48,484 nt of DNA from Octopus bimaculoides. Lineage: Eukaryota. A program made the translations under genes and the position numbers. Of the stretch, positions 10,901-24,434 are shown piece after piece. The notes below the pieces were generated by a model. That model was not told the DNA's origin, made no database searches, and was given only the letters and a program-made list of their open reading frames with translations. Each line of letters starts with the position of its first letter. The stretch's first letter is position 1. The DNA is taken from NCBI RefSeq assembly GCF_001194135.2, contig NC_068992.1:45167974-45216457 (forward strand), in the 5' to 3' direction.

Positions 10901-12439
10901 TATCAGTTCATAATATAAGAAAACAACTATAAGCAAGGATATACAAGAAGACAAATAGCCATTGGCTGGGACATCTTTAATTTTAGCCCTGATCTATGAG
11001 AGGCAACCAAGGGGCTAAACAGTATTGTCTACAAGGCATTCCACTATTTTTGTTCTAAGATAAATTTTAATTGACAATGAAAACAACTAAACCTATCTTT
11101 CTAAAGTTATTTCCAGCTCAGAACCAATTCTCAAATTTATAAATGACAGACAAGAAAAAATGAATACACCTACATATATATATATATATAGGTGTATTCA
11201 TTTTTTTTCCTTTTTGGTTTTATATTGTGTCTAGCTACCATCATTATTTTATAAATATGTGTGTTGGGGGTGCATTTATATATATATATATGTGTGTGTA
11301 CATCTCTCTATTCAAATATACAAGTGTGACACAATACGAAAAAAAAAAAATCTTCTTCAACCGAGAAAAAACAATTTGAGGTCTGTACAGGAGAAAAAAA
11401 CTCGATTTTTAAAAACAAGCATAATAATACCAACAACAATATGGTGATGATGATATCGACTGATGCAAACAACATAAATGGTAATAATATTAACAAAAAC
11501 AATATTAAACACAATAGCAGTAATAAACTAATAAAAAGTAAAATACCAAAGACAATAGCGAAAACAATGACAATGGGCACAATAACAAAATTATGACAAT
11601 ATCAAAAACAATAACAACAACATCGCTATGAAATAGTGTGGAAGGTTGAATGTTGAAAACAGGATATACTGACTGTAATGTAGTGAAATGATATATAATA
11701 GAGTGGTGGCAATATCAGTGGTGTCAGAGAGAGAAAAAAAAGAGTGAGTGTGGTGGTTGTAGTTTAAGTAGTAAGGAAAGTGATGGTTATGATAACATAC
11801 AAGGTAGGAACAGTATATTATCTATATAAAACGGTATACCAGTCTAATGGTATATTGGTATATCATTATAACAAGTATATCTGTTTTACATTATATCACC
11901 AAGATAGCTTGTATTTAATAGTGTCCCTTAACATTATAAGTAAACTTTGAATTTCATCACTGTGTGAAGGAGATAAAATGAAGTACCAGTTAACTATTGG
12001 GATTAATTTAGTAGAGAGGGGGGAAGTAAGGAAAGGTGAGAGAGAAAGATGAAGAGGTGAAGAGAAAGAGAGAGAGGGAGAAAAAGAGAGATTAAAATTT
12101 AAAGAAAGGGATAAGTTGAAATTGACAAACAAGAAACAAAAAGACAGACAGAATGGGAGAGAGTCAGACAGAAAAGCAAACAGACAGAAAGCGGCAGAAA
12201 GAGAAAATATTCTCTCAATGGTAAATAATCTGTCAAAGTTGAGTGATTAATTGTATTAAATAAATATATTGTGTAAACATTGGAAGAGTAAACTGTATTG
12301 AAATATACTATAGATAGGACAGTGCAGAGTATTAGACACAAAACCACAGTCCTGTAGGTAGAGTAAAGTAGTTATGTGTAATATAGTAGATGAAACAATG
12401 TACTGTTCTCCTATGGGGTATCATTGTTAAATTCTTTCA

Positions 12440-12590
12440 AATGCTCAGAAATCTTTCCAGATCAGCAAAAGCTTCCATTATATAGGTGACCTAATTGGTG
12501 ATGGAGGAATGTGCCCCACAATCGTAGTAATAAGAGTGAGAACAGGGTGGAAAATGTTCAAAAGTAAATATCTCTGCTGGCTCCAAAAAG
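12440..12590 (+). mobile_element. RTE LINE fragment
   Basis: KSFHYIGDLIGDGGMCPTIVVIRVRTGWKMFK resembles F.YLGD.I..GGC...I..R...GW.KF. Confidence 0.65.
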
Positions 12591-12611
12591 ACTTCTTTTT
12601 TTTGTTTAAGT

Positions 12612-12968
12612 CAGTGGTTCTCAGCTGTTTGTTATCTATGTACCCCTTTGATTATGATTTTATTCTGGTGGACCTCCCTAGTCGTTCAAATGTTTAAAAG
12701 CTAGTTTTATAGATACTTCTTTCAAAATTCCTATTTTGCTTTACATACATTAACTTTTGTAAGCTGAACTATGTAAAATGTTCAGCCCGGGTGAAGCCGA
12801 CCGCGGATACAGATCTCGGTGGTAATAGCAAATATTCGAACCTAGCTGTTTCTTGCAATAAATACATCTAAATTAAAATTTTTTCATGGACCCTTAATAT
12901 TCTATTGTGGATCCTTAATTTATTATTTGGCCTGCATGGACACTGAGTACCCTGGTTAAGAACCACCG
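12612..12968. mobile_element. hAT-family MITE
   Basis: Termini CAGTGGTTCTCAG and (reverse complement) CGGTGGTTCTTAA resemble hAT TIRs. The 8-bp flanks GTTTAAGT and GTCTAAGA match at 6/8, consistent with a decayed 8-bp TSD. Confidence 0.6.
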
Positions 12969-14423
12969 GTCTAAGAGAAGAACAAATTTTGTAATGCTTA
13001 TGTACAAAGTGTGATGTTGCATTGTAAAGAAATATGGATGTGTGAATGCTGGAAAGAAAGCAAGAATGCTCTGCAAAAAGGTTTATGAATGAATGAGAGA
13101 GCCCCATATAAGCTGAAGAAATTATTGCATTTAAGAGGAATCAGATGCAATATGCAAGAGAGAAGACTGCTTTGGTATAGACATGTGATGCAAATAGGGG
13201 ATGAAGTAGGGACATCAAGGAAAATATGGGAAGAATATGAAGGCTGATATCATGAAAGGTATAATGAAGAACCACAAGTGGCAAGCACTTTGCTGGAGAA
13301 AACCTGTCCAATCTAAACAAGAATGTTGAGACACATGTAGAATAAAAATAATGAGTTATACAGTTATGTGTACTGGGAAATTGAAAGCTAACTGCAGTGG
13401 CAATTGTCATAAAATTGGCACAACACAAAGCACTGCTCTTTTGTCACATTAAGAGTTTCTGAAATAGATTCACGGACAAATATTTGGAAAATAATATCAA
13501 TTAGATTAATCTTAATAAATGACTAGTATTTATTTTACTGGCCTCAATGAGATTTGAACTGAGAATGTAAGGAGCTATAACTAAATGCTGCAAGGTATCT
13601 GTCACTCACTAGAAAATATGAAATAGCCTGAGGTTGAGGCAATAAGTGTGAAAATAGAGAGCAAAGAGAGGCTTGGTGTGACGGTGAGATTGTTAGATGC
13701 CAACCTGAACTTGGTGAACCAAATATTGGCACAAATTAAAGAGAGGACAATTGGTACAAGAGAGGAAGTCATTTGTCATATTATCCTGCTGAATAAAAGA
13801 AAGAGAGCAGATTTAATCAGACCCTCACTGAACATAAGGAAGGAACAGAACAAAATGGAAGAGAAAAAAGAAGAGAGTGGTATCACCAGATTTCTGAGAA
13901 TCTATTAATATGACCATTAAGATCAGTAATTTTTATTAAATCTATTTCAGACAAATCAGACTCCTCATTGAATTAGTAACTAAATAGGGATATTTGTCTG
14001 CAAATGCATTTCCAGAGCAGTTTTAAAAGCTATTTTGCACCTGCTACATGATCAGCCAGAGGTATGTATTGATTTCCAAGACACAGTATGTGTGTGTGTG
14101 TAGAAAGAGAGAAAGGGATAAATAGTGTAAGATGAAATATGAAAGAGCCAAGGAAGAAACTCAACACATTATCTACCATTGTTAAGTATTTCTTCAAAGC
14201 AGCAAGAGAAACTGGTGAAGGTTAGTGATGCGTATAAGTAAACTTATTTGTAGCTCTTGTCATCATTTGTGAAGGAGAAAGTTGTATAGAATCAGGTAGA
14301 GTTCTTTCACATCTATTGTTTGTTCAATACTGATAAGACATGAAAGGTGTTCCTTTATTTTATGCTTATTGATTTTACTTACCAAACATTCTAGCTTACA
14401 ACAGCGATTGTCAGTGTATTTTA

Positions 14424-14491
<68 letters not shown>

Positions 14492-14499
14492 GGTGTACA

Positions 14500-14700
14500 A
14501 CATCATCATCATCATCATTTTTATGTCCATTTTACCATGCTTGCATGAGCAGATTGGATCTTCTCCAGCTCAGCTTCTTACTACGCGGTGTGGTGCTCTG
14601 TCATCTCCTTTGTAAATTTCAGCCAGCTGAGATCAGCTTTCACCATTTCTTTCCATGTCTTCCTCTGTATGTGTGCAAAGTGCAGTGTTGCATGGTATCA
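14500..14700 (-). mobile_element. RTE LINE 3' end with (ATG)n tail; a plus-strand RTE fragment follows at ~14715-14950
   Basis: (CAT)n run followed by the antisense of R(P)RKTW.EMVKADL.. The adjacent plus-strand frame has LMCTVSVDD... Confidence 0.55.
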
Positions 14701-15450
14701 AAACATGGGTATTGAAAGCAGAAAACCGAGTGAAAGCTGGAAATAATTGAAGCAAGCTCAGCTTGATGTGTACTGTCAGTGTGGATGATGGAGCACAAAA
14801 GAACTGAGAAAAGGCAAGGTTGAAGAAGATTCGGATGTATTATACAAGACAGGGGATTGTGCTGGTAGAGCTGTGTGGAATGGAATAATAGTTAGGTACA
14901 CAAGTGGTAAATGGGAGCATCATGCAGAAGAGATAGACTAAGGAAGTCAGGGATAAAAAAAAAACTATTCTTTATTCTCTACAGAAGCAAGTGGACCTTC
15001 ACAAAGACAGAACAAATGGCAAGTTGCTGTGATTGGTCAGCACCTGCCCAATACAGGGAAATGTAGCAAAACACATGTAGCATAATGAATTCGTGAGCAT
15101 TTTCATGTACCAAAACATAGAATACTTTATTTAACTGTTCAAAACCAAAGTGTCATGCTGGTGACTCACAAGTTTTCTCAATATAAGCATACTGCGAAAA
15201 AATAAGTAGACAAATATAGAATTATCAGCTAAGATGTACACAGATATATATTCCTTAATACACACACACATATATATGTATATTTTATATTCATAGATAT
15301 ATCTATGTGTGTGTGTGTGTATGTGTGTGTGTATATANNNNNNNNNNNNNNNNNNNNNNNNNNNNNNNNNNNNNNNNNNNNNNNNNNNNNNNNNNNNNNN
15401 NNNNNNNNNNNNNNNNNNNNNNNNNNNNNNNNNNNNNNNNNNNNNNNNNN

Positions 15451-16108
15451 ATCAGATTTTTGAAGAGTTTTGAATTATTTTAAACATATTTTGAAGGTTT
15501 CTGATAATGCAGACAGAAGCTTGCCCAAATGCATAAATAAAGTAACACTGATACTTTCTTCACCATTGTTACAATCATCTGGAATGGAACTGTCAAAGCA
15601 CAATATTCGAGCAATTTTGCTGTTCAACTTCAAAAAAAGATGCAAAGTAATTGAAACTGCTCATGATATCAATGAAACATTTGGTCAGGAAATGACCAGT
15701 GAGTGGTCAGCTCGAAAATGGTTTAAATGATTTTGCAGTGGAGACCTGAGCCCTGAAGATCATGAGCATAGTAGACAACAGTCTGTCATCGATGATGGTC
15801 AATTAAAGACCATCATTGAGTAAGATCCATGTAAAACCACTCGAGAACTGGCAAAATAACTTCAAGGTAGCCAGGAAACTGCCTGCAACCATTTGCATGT
15901 GATCAGAAAATCAAGAAAGCTTGACAGATGTGTCCCACATGATTTGAATGAAAATCAGAAAATGCGCAGTTCTTTTACAGGGCTTAGAAAAACTGAAGGA
16001 CCATTGCAATAAATGTATCGATCTGAGAAAGGAATATGTTGAATAAAATCATAACTGATCCTCCTGTATTTTCTTTCACTCAAGGCTAGGAACTTTTCAG
16101 CACCCCCT
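15451..16108 (+). mobile_element. Internally deleted mariner element (N-terminal HTH joined directly to the C-terminus, right TIR present)
   Basis: From ATG 15584: MELSKHNIRAILLFNFKK...ETAHDINETFG...ARKWFK*FCSGDLS...KTTRELA...RCVPHDLNENQK. The frame then jumps (~15970) to QGLEKLKDHCNKCIDLRKEYVE*, followed by a TIR-like end ...ggaacttttcagcacccc(c) just before tta. Confidence 0.85.
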
Positions 16109-16194
16109 TATACACCTACAAAAAATTATGTTACAGCACCTTAATCCCTACCCTTGAGTTAGGGTGCATTTTCCCATGGGTAGATGAGTCTTCT

Positions 16195-16770
16195 GCAGCA
16201 TTGAATATTGCCAGTCAGCAGGGTCCTTTTATAATTTCCTTCAATAGATGTAGCATCTTCAGATCAGCCTTCACCACTTCATCCTCAGTCTTCCTTGATC
16301 TCCCTCTTCCACAGGTTCCACTAAATTGGAATACTCAACGATTTTGTATGCAGTGGTCATACTCCACACATATCACATACCTCTAATAGAGCGGACTCCT
16401 TTTTTGTATAGTACATCTGATTTCTCTTATAACCAGTTTTTCTCTAAGCTCCTTTTGTACTCTGACATTCATGCACACTAATATTGCACTTCCACTGGAG
16501 CATGCTAGCTTTATTTCATTCCAATCTTCTCAAATACTCTGTATTCACGCCCCATGTCTCACTACCATGCAGAAACACAGTTTTAACACACGCAGTATAC
16601 AATCTGCTTTTCATTGTGAAGGGAGACCTTCTTGCCAGCAGCCATGTTAGTAACTCTTTGAACTTTTTTCAACTCCTTCTTAACTTGATTATAATTCCTT
16701 CAGAGCAACCAGCCACTCTGCTAATTATGTCTCCTAGGTAACTAAAGGTATTTGCTACTTCTAGTGAGTC
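16195..16770 (-). mobile_element. RTE-clade LINE remnant (RT C-terminal region)
   Basis: Minus frame EVANTFSYLGDIISRVAGCSEGIIIKLRRS..KFKELL...KSRLYTACVKTVFLHGSETWG...LRRLE..KASML is typical of the RTE region after the RT core. Confidence 0.8.
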
Positions 16771-17069
16771 ATCTGATTATTTAAGAAAACCATTTTCCTG
16801 TGTGTGGTGGTGGTGGTGGGGGTATGCAATTCATTTTTAAAAATAATTTGTACCATTCTCCTTCATCAGCAACAGACAAACAGGCAAATATAGACAGACA
16901 GGTAGACAGACACATAAACAGGTAGACTGAGAAAAAAAACTTGAACTTACAAGAGCATTTGCTTGTGTAAAGATACAAAATTCTCCTTCAAAATCCATCA
17001 TTCTCTCCTACAACTCCTCTCATCTTTTAATTGTGATGTTTAAATCTCGCTTTATTTACAGGACATCTG

Positions 17070-17121
<52 letters not shown>

Positions 17122-17635
17122 ATTGTAAATATGCAGATATATTTAGATATATTAAAGAATCAAAGTTAGACAATTTTTTTTAGAAAAGTAAGAGATATTT
17201 GCTAAAGTTCTCAAGTTTTCCCTTAAGTCACAAGACCTAATTCTAATGTAAAATATTTCCCAAAACATATCTACTTCACAGCAGCAGCAGACAGAGTTTC
17301 CATTGTTAATATTCTTGTTATTGTGACCTCTGAATAGCAGAACAATTTTGCCTCAACCCATAGAATCTAGAGCACAAGTGACACAATAGGAACCATTATC
17401 CAACTGAAGAGAAGCTTTTGTCGTAGAGGTTAGACTGTTCTTTGAAAGAAATATAAATATTGTAATGTTCTTTCTACATGACACATTTGTTTGGGTCAGA
17501 AAGTTCTAAACAATTACACAGAATAATTAAACTTCTTACAACTTTGTTTTTATTCATTTATTATATTTTTGTTTGCTTTGATTTATTCTCTTCCTACTTC
17601 TAGATAGAAGCTTCTAAAATTAATGAGGTCCTGTG

Positions 17636-18024
17636 TGTGTTGTGCTGGCACTCCATCGCTTACGACATCGAGGGTTCCAGTTGATCCGATCAACGGAACA
17701 GCCTGCTCGTGAAATTGATGCGCAAATGGCTGAGCACTCCACACACACGTGTACCCTTAACGTAGTTCTCGGAGATATTCAGCGTGACACAGTGTGACAA
17801 GGCTGACCCTTTGAAATATAGGTACAACAGAAACAGGAAGAAAGAGTGAGAGAAAGTTGTGGTGGTAGAGTACAGCAGGGTTCGCCACCATCCCCTGCCG
17901 GAGCCTCTTGGAGCTTTAGGTGTTTTCGCACAATAAACACTCACAACGCCCGATCTGGGAATCGAAACCGCGATCCTATGACCACGAGTCCGCTGCCCTA
18001 ACCATTGGGCCATTATGCCTCCAC
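17636..18024 (-). mobile_element. Full-length tRNA-derived SINE, family A (Octopus OR-type)
   Basis: Near-identical to the copies at 21914-22281 and 3652-3929. Minus strand begins GTGGAGGCATAATGGCCCAATGG (A-box-like), then GGTTTCGATTCC (B-box), with a short-repeat tail. Confidence 0.85.
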
Positions 18025-18574
18025 GGTCCTTCAATGCAGTGCTCCAGCATGGCTGCAAGAAGTAAAAGAAAAAAGAAAAACAAGAAGAAAGATAAAAGAA
18101 AAGTATATTGTAATCAGGGCTCAGGCACACAGCTGCTCATTGGAAAAGTGTAAAAGAGGGAACAGAAGACAGCAATAAGTCAATTAAAGACAGAGAGCAA
18201 TGATAACCAACAAATATTCTAAGATCTAAGACACCAATAATGTAGTTTTAAAAACTATAAATTCACATACAAATATGGAAGAATTTGAACGCACATTTGT
18301 TGAATATGTCACAATGAAATCCAGCTAACCTGAGGCTTATACAATAAATAAATATTTCATTCTAAGTTGAAATATTTAAAGCTGCATTAGTTTGCATCAT
18401 AGATATGACTCAGAGTTTAAAAAAAAAAACACAGCCAAATTACATTAAACAAAGAAAAAGCTGAGACAGTTACTGTTTTCATAAATTAAACATTAGAACC
18501 TGTCTCGTTAGTCAGCTTCTAGAAACAAGATAGTAGTAATCACATAATACTAACTTGTATGTATGCATGCATGC

Positions 18575-18688
18575 AAGCATATATGTATACATATATATAT
18601 ACACACACACACATATATATATATATATACACACACATATATATATATACACACACACATATATATATACACACACACACATATATAT

Positions 18689-18757
<69 letters not shown>

Positions 18758-18909
18758 CACACCCACACACATATATATATATATATACACACACACATAT
18801 ATATATATATACACACACACATATATATATATATATACACACACACATATATATATATATATATACACACACACATATATATATATACACACACACATAT
18901 ATATATATA
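18575..18909. repeat. Compound (TA)n/(CA)n alternating microsatellite running into a gap
   Basis: Directly visible. Confidence 0.95.
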
Positions 18910-19509
18910 NNNNNNNNNNNNNNNNNNNNNNNNNNNNNNNNNNNNNNNNNNNNNNNNNNNNNNNNNNNNNNNNNNNNNNNNNNNNNNNNNNNNNNNNNNN
19001 NNNNNNNNNNNNNNNNNNNNNNNNNNNNNNNNNNNNNNNNNNNNNNNNNNNNNNNNNNNNNNNNNNNNNNNNNNNNNNNNNNNNNNNNNNNNNNNNNNNN
19101 NNNNNNNNNNNNNNNNNNNNNNNNNNNNNNNNNNNNNNNNNNNNNNNNNNNNNNNNNNNNNNNNNNNNNNNNNNNNNNNNNNNNNNNNNNNNNNNNNNNN
19201 NNNNNNNNNNNNNNNNNNNNNNNNNNNNNNNNNNNNNNNNNNNNNNNNNNNNNNNNNNNNNNNNNNNNNNNNNNNNNNNNNNNNNNNNNNNNNNNNNNNN
19301 NNNNNNNNNNNNNNNNNNNNNNNNNNNNNNNNNNNNNNNNNNNNNNNNNNNNNNNNNNNNNNNNNNNNNNNNNNNNNNNNNNNNNNNNNNNNNNNNNNNN
19401 NNNNNNNNNNNNNNNNNNNNNNNNNNNNNNNNNNNNNNNNNNNNNNNNNNNNNNNNNNNNNNNNNNNNNNNNNNNNNNNNNNNNNNNNNNNNNNNNNNNN
19501 NNNNNNNNN

Positions 19510-19574
<65 letters not shown>

Positions 19575-19790
19575 TTATATATATGCCTTCTGTCCGGCAT
19601 TCGCCATGATAGATCGCTGACCACTACACATATATTTTTTTCTCCCTTTGTTTCTTTCTGTGTTCCTTTTCGTTGATGAGCATAGGCTCGAAACATTAAA
19701 GACTTTCTCTATTCCTGAGCATTATACTAATGCATTCATTTGTTGTTTACACCACCTGTCTTCGTCTGTTGTTTTTTTGTGAATTCTCCC
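19575..19790 (+). mobile_element. Short dispersed repeat between microsatellites, possibly a PLE pseudo-LTR or 3' end
   Basis: Contains TTGATGAGCATAGGCTCGAAAC (hammerhead-core-like) and ends ...GAATTCTCCC(AT)n. Confidence 0.35.
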
Positions 19791-19879
19791 ATATATATAT
19801 ACACATATATACACACAGATATATATACACACATATATAAACGCATTCTCAGTTAACATAATTTTGACCTTTGTTAATC

Positions 19880-20260
19880 ATGTTAGTATTTTCTTTATGT
19901 AGAGCTTCTGGATAGCTTCTTTCGTTAACACCCTGGACCCCACCTCCTAACTGCACCCTCCTGTTAATAACTTGTAGTATTCCAAATGATGCTCCAGTAT
20001 AGGCACATTCTGGAGTGTAAGACCAGTCAAAGAATATTCATCAGGACAATGAATAGTTTATTTCCTTAACAACTAGGAATTTTGCAGTACAGATATTGCA
20101 TCTCACTGCTGGATATGTCTAACATTGGAAAATGTGGGAGCAAAGAAACACAAAACCATACAGGAAAAATATATCACTGACACCTTGAACCTTTACTTGA
20201 TAGGGATCACACAGAATTGGTAAATTTCTAATTATCTTAGCTCTGATCATTTTCTTCAGT
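19880..20260 (-). mobile_element. Degraded CR1/L2-type LINE fragment
   Basis: Across frameshifts: VPILE.../SIIWN / RRVQ / SYPEALHK, resembling RP.LEYA..IW.P...LE.VQR...SY.ERL..L. Confidence 0.4.
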
Positions 20261-20994
20261 TTGGTTCTGAGAAAGAGATGCAACAGCTTCAAATGCTTTG
20301 TTCCATCTTTAAAAGGAACCGTTGTTGTTTTTATTTTTTTTCACTTTATCTAATGGCATCAAAGAAAAGCAATATAGTTTTGGTAAATGTAGAGCTTAGA
20401 TGATCTCTCACCTGTAGGTCACACAGGTCAGAGAATATAATAGTCTTATTAACACAACTATGTCCATACCTTGGTGTAATATCAATATTAGCATAGGGTT
20501 TATATATATATATATATATATATACAGACACATCTACAGATATATAAACTCATACACATATGCATACTCATTCACACACACACATATATACATACACACA
20601 TACATGTCACTATACATATGCATATACACACATTTCAGTATTAAAGAAGGAAGTGCACTTGCTACAGTGTTAATAATGATGATTACAGGTAGAGAAAATA
20701 AAGAAATAAAAGAACTGTATATGCTATGTTTATAATAGGTGTGTATATGCATACACACAAATATAAATATATATATATATATGTACACACACACATACAT
20801 AAACATATATATACACACACACACATGGACACAGACAGAAGGAAAGTCCATTTATTTAGTGAGTGTCAAAGTTCATGGTGATAGAATTCTTAGGTAATAG
20901 AGGACAAATATGTTCCATTATGTTAATTTGAAGAGATACTGCCTTGCAACAATGAGGCAGGAATCTGTTTAAGAACTGATACCTAAGTAAATTT

Positions 20995-21102
<108 letters not shown>

Positions 21103-21913
21103 ATGATTATCGTCACCAAAAAAGGAAAATGTAATAAAATGAAGAAATAAATGGCAGATATAAAAAGAGAAAGAAAAAAAACAATATCAGAGAATATAAA
21201 AAAACAAAAACAAAGTGTGTGTGTATGAGAGAGAGAGGCGGGATGTCAGGTTGATAAATTTTGTGAAAATCAATTTTGTAGTAAATGTTGTGTTGAAGAA
21301 AAGCCAATAAGGAGGAAAATAAATAAATTGACAGTTTCCATCGTGGAAGCAAGTTTCAGAGCAGGAGAAACAGCTTATCACCACATTTATTAGCAAAGAG
21401 TAAATTGAATTTCCCTCAGGTAACTTAATAGAACTGGTCAAACTACTTGCTGATAGAGAAATGCTAAAACTTGGCTCCCACAGGAACCAAACAACCATGA
21501 GGTGTATATCACACACACACACATGTATATATATCATATCTATCCCACATGCTCAGACAATTACCTATGCATATATCGTATCTACCACAAGCACATACGT
21601 GAGAGAAACACACAGACACTGAATGAGTGTTAAGCTTGCAAAAGAAAATAAATAGCCAAAAAAGAACAAAACGAAACAAACTAACAAACATATATATAAT
21701 GAAAGAAACACCTTGCTTATATTCACAGAGAAGTTGCTAAGATTTGACAGTAATGTTACATTGATTGTGGAGTTTGATTCATTGAAGAATTTCCTTTTTG
21801 GTAAATTCTTTGGCCTATTCTTTTTTTCATATAAAAATATACTTTCTACATTACACAGAATAAACAACCAAAACATACATACATATAAACATACATACAT
21901 ACATACATACATG

Positions 21914-22281
21914 CTGTTGTTGGCACTCTGTCGCTTACGACGTCAAAGGTTCCACTTGATCCAATCAACGGAACAGCCTGCTCGTGAAATTAACGTGCAA
22001 GTGGCTGAGCACTCCACAGACATGTGTACTGTTAACATAGGGGATATTCAGCGTGACACAGTGTGACAAGGCTGACCCTTTGAATTACAGGCACAACAGG
22101 AAGTAAGAGTGAGAGAAAGTTGTGGTGGAAGAGTACAGAAGGGTTCACCACCATCCCCTGTCGGAGCCTCGTGGAGCTTTAGGTGTTTTCACTCAATAAA
22201 CACTTACAACACCCGGTCTGGGAATCGAAACCGTGATCCTATGACCGCGAGTCCGCTGCCCTAAACACTGGGCCATTGCGC
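21914..22281 (-). mobile_element. tRNA-derived SINE, family A
   Basis: Colinear with 17636-18024 over the whole length; B-box GGTTTCGATTCC present. Confidence 0.85.
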
Positions 22282-22499
22282 AGCGGGATCAAACCCTAGA
22301 CCTGTGATTATAAACTGAAATTCTTAATTATTTGGTTACCTATGCTTCAGCTACACATACTTTAAATTCCAACTGAATTTATCCATTAAGGTTTTGTTTT
22401 GATTTCTTTACTCTTTTACTAATTTCAAATCAAGAGCTGCAGCCAGGTTGGGCTATTGCCATTAATTTTGTTACACTTTTATTACTTGAAAATCTCTTC

Positions 22500-22850
22500 T
22501 GACATATGACATTTGGAGAATGAGGATGTTTCATGTTGCAGTTTCCTGTCTGCATTTCCTGCTGCAAGGTAGGTTCATCCAGAATTCTTATCAGGAGGAG
22601 ATCCAGTTTTATTTTGAAAACATTTATATCCATCCTATGAAGGTTGTTCAGGATTTTTCTTTGAGATCAGTGGGGGCATGTGGGGATGAGCCAAAAGAAG
22701 AGGGCCAAGGGATTGACTGGAAGAGGAAGCGTGAGAATGAATGTGTGGGGGAGACAGAACAAGGTCAGCCTCTTCTTGCCCAGAATTCACTCCCAGGTTG
22801 GTCAGATAGCAGCTGCTTATACTGGGTGACAGGGTAAGGCAGGATCGTCG
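22500..22850 (-). mobile_element. CR1/Jockey-group LINE 3' end remnant
   Basis: MDINVFKIKLDLLLIRILDEPT resembles the V..FK..LD..L..IPDEP terminal motif. Confidence 0.6.
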
Positions 22851-23714
22851 AAGTGACTACTACTAGACAGGCACAGACAAGACAGGAAGGTAGGTGAACC
22901 GCTTTTCATTTCCCACGCATGACAGTTAATTTATGCCATCATCATCATCATGAAGCAGTATAAAGATCTATTGAAAAAAATAATTATGAGGTGAGTAAGT
23001 GACTGAACTGACTCCAAAATACTATGGCTACTTATTTTAACAAACCTAGAAATATGCAAATTCAAAGTTCACCACAGCAAGATTTGATCCCGAAGAAAGG
23101 CACAAAGAATACATTGGGTAATGTTGTTCAAAATCTCCATGAAGACTAAATAGATGATCCTGGCTATAATGTCTTTCAACATTGGTCTGTTGAATCAGAT
23201 GTGATATCAAGCTAAACAAGTTTGCAGTTTTTTAATCTTCATTTAGTAGACCTTGAGGAAATAAATATTTATCAAAAGACTTTTAGAAATCCTTCTGTAA
23301 ACACTTGACAACTGTTTGCAAGTCATTACCTATCTGCAGGTCAGGTTATGTAACCCATTGATATTTTAGATTATTTACTGATTTATTTCAAACTTGTTCT
23401 TCCATTGCTTTCAAATTTCCAATTAATTTTCTGCTGTAAATTCAAAAGATTAATATTTGGTTCCTTCTTATTTGATTGCTTCATTTTATCCCAAACATTT
23501 CCAAGAAACTATTCCCCAAAATTTAACCAATACTTGTTATGATTATAGAGGCTGACAAGAACATTATAGTATCAAAACATGGAATACTGGATCACTATAA
23601 GACATCAGGAAATCTCAAATAATCTCACAAAACAAATATTAAAGTTTTAATTAGCATATTGTTTCCTACACCAAACTAGTATACATCCAGTACTACTTAA
23701 TATGTTGTGTAGCA

Positions 23715-23825
23715 TCTTCAAATTCCATTGAGGTTGACTTCGCCTTTCATCCCTTTTTGGGGCCAATAAAATGAGTACAAGTTAAACACTAGGGTCAATG
23801 TAATTGACTTACACCATCCTCCAAA
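23715..23825 (+). mobile_element. Family B SINE fragment
   Basis: TTCAAATTCCATTGAGGTTGACTTCGCCTTTCATCCC is the reverse complement of the family B core. Confidence 0.65.
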
Positions 23826-24392
23826 AAAGGGATTTTACTTACTAGATTTTATCACATTGCAAACTACCAGTCAAGATGACTTAATAACATTCATATTACC
23901 ATGTCAATATCTTTACCCTCTATAAGCCCTACTCACCACATCACATACCTTTCCACACAACATTTCTAACCCATGATAGTTGTCGTTCACATCATCAAAG
24001 TCATTACACATGACAACCTTTACACCCTACAGGCGTTACCCACCCACACCAAAATCCTTAACCAAAACCCAGCAGTCTTAATCTTAGTCTTTCACCTACC
24101 CAACAGTCCTTAACCAACATCCCACAGTGTTGACCCAAGAACTCACAGTCCTCACCCAGTCCCACCACACAAAATCCAACAGTGACAGAATCCTTCAAGA
24201 ACTTATTAATGTCGACACACTGTGTTATTGATATGAAACATAGTTGAATAGAGAAGATTAGTATTGATCATTTTAGAATCAGAAGACATATTGGATTACG
24301 GGAATCACACACACACACACACACACACTCACATGCACAAACACAATATTTCTTTAGGCACACATACACAATATACATCATTACTACTACCA

Positions 24393-24434
<42 letters not shown>

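Noticed and set aside
17960-18024. tRNA gene from A/B-box-like sequence (also other SINE heads)
   Set aside because: No complete cloverleaf; each is the head of a multi-copy SINE.
19900-20030. Open frame FDWSYTPECAYTGASFGILQVINRRVQLGGG... as a host exon
   Set aside because: There is a stop two codons upstream and no good acceptor; motifs across frames fit a decayed CR1/L2 LINE.
21335-21501. Protein-like frame interrupted by a single TAA (also 24928-25110), suggesting a pseudogene or stop read-through
   Set aside because: An alternate frame (FQSRRNSLSPHLL) resembles the RT motif FQGDSLSPLLF. Single stops in AT-rich DNA are expected by chance, and nothing supports recoding.
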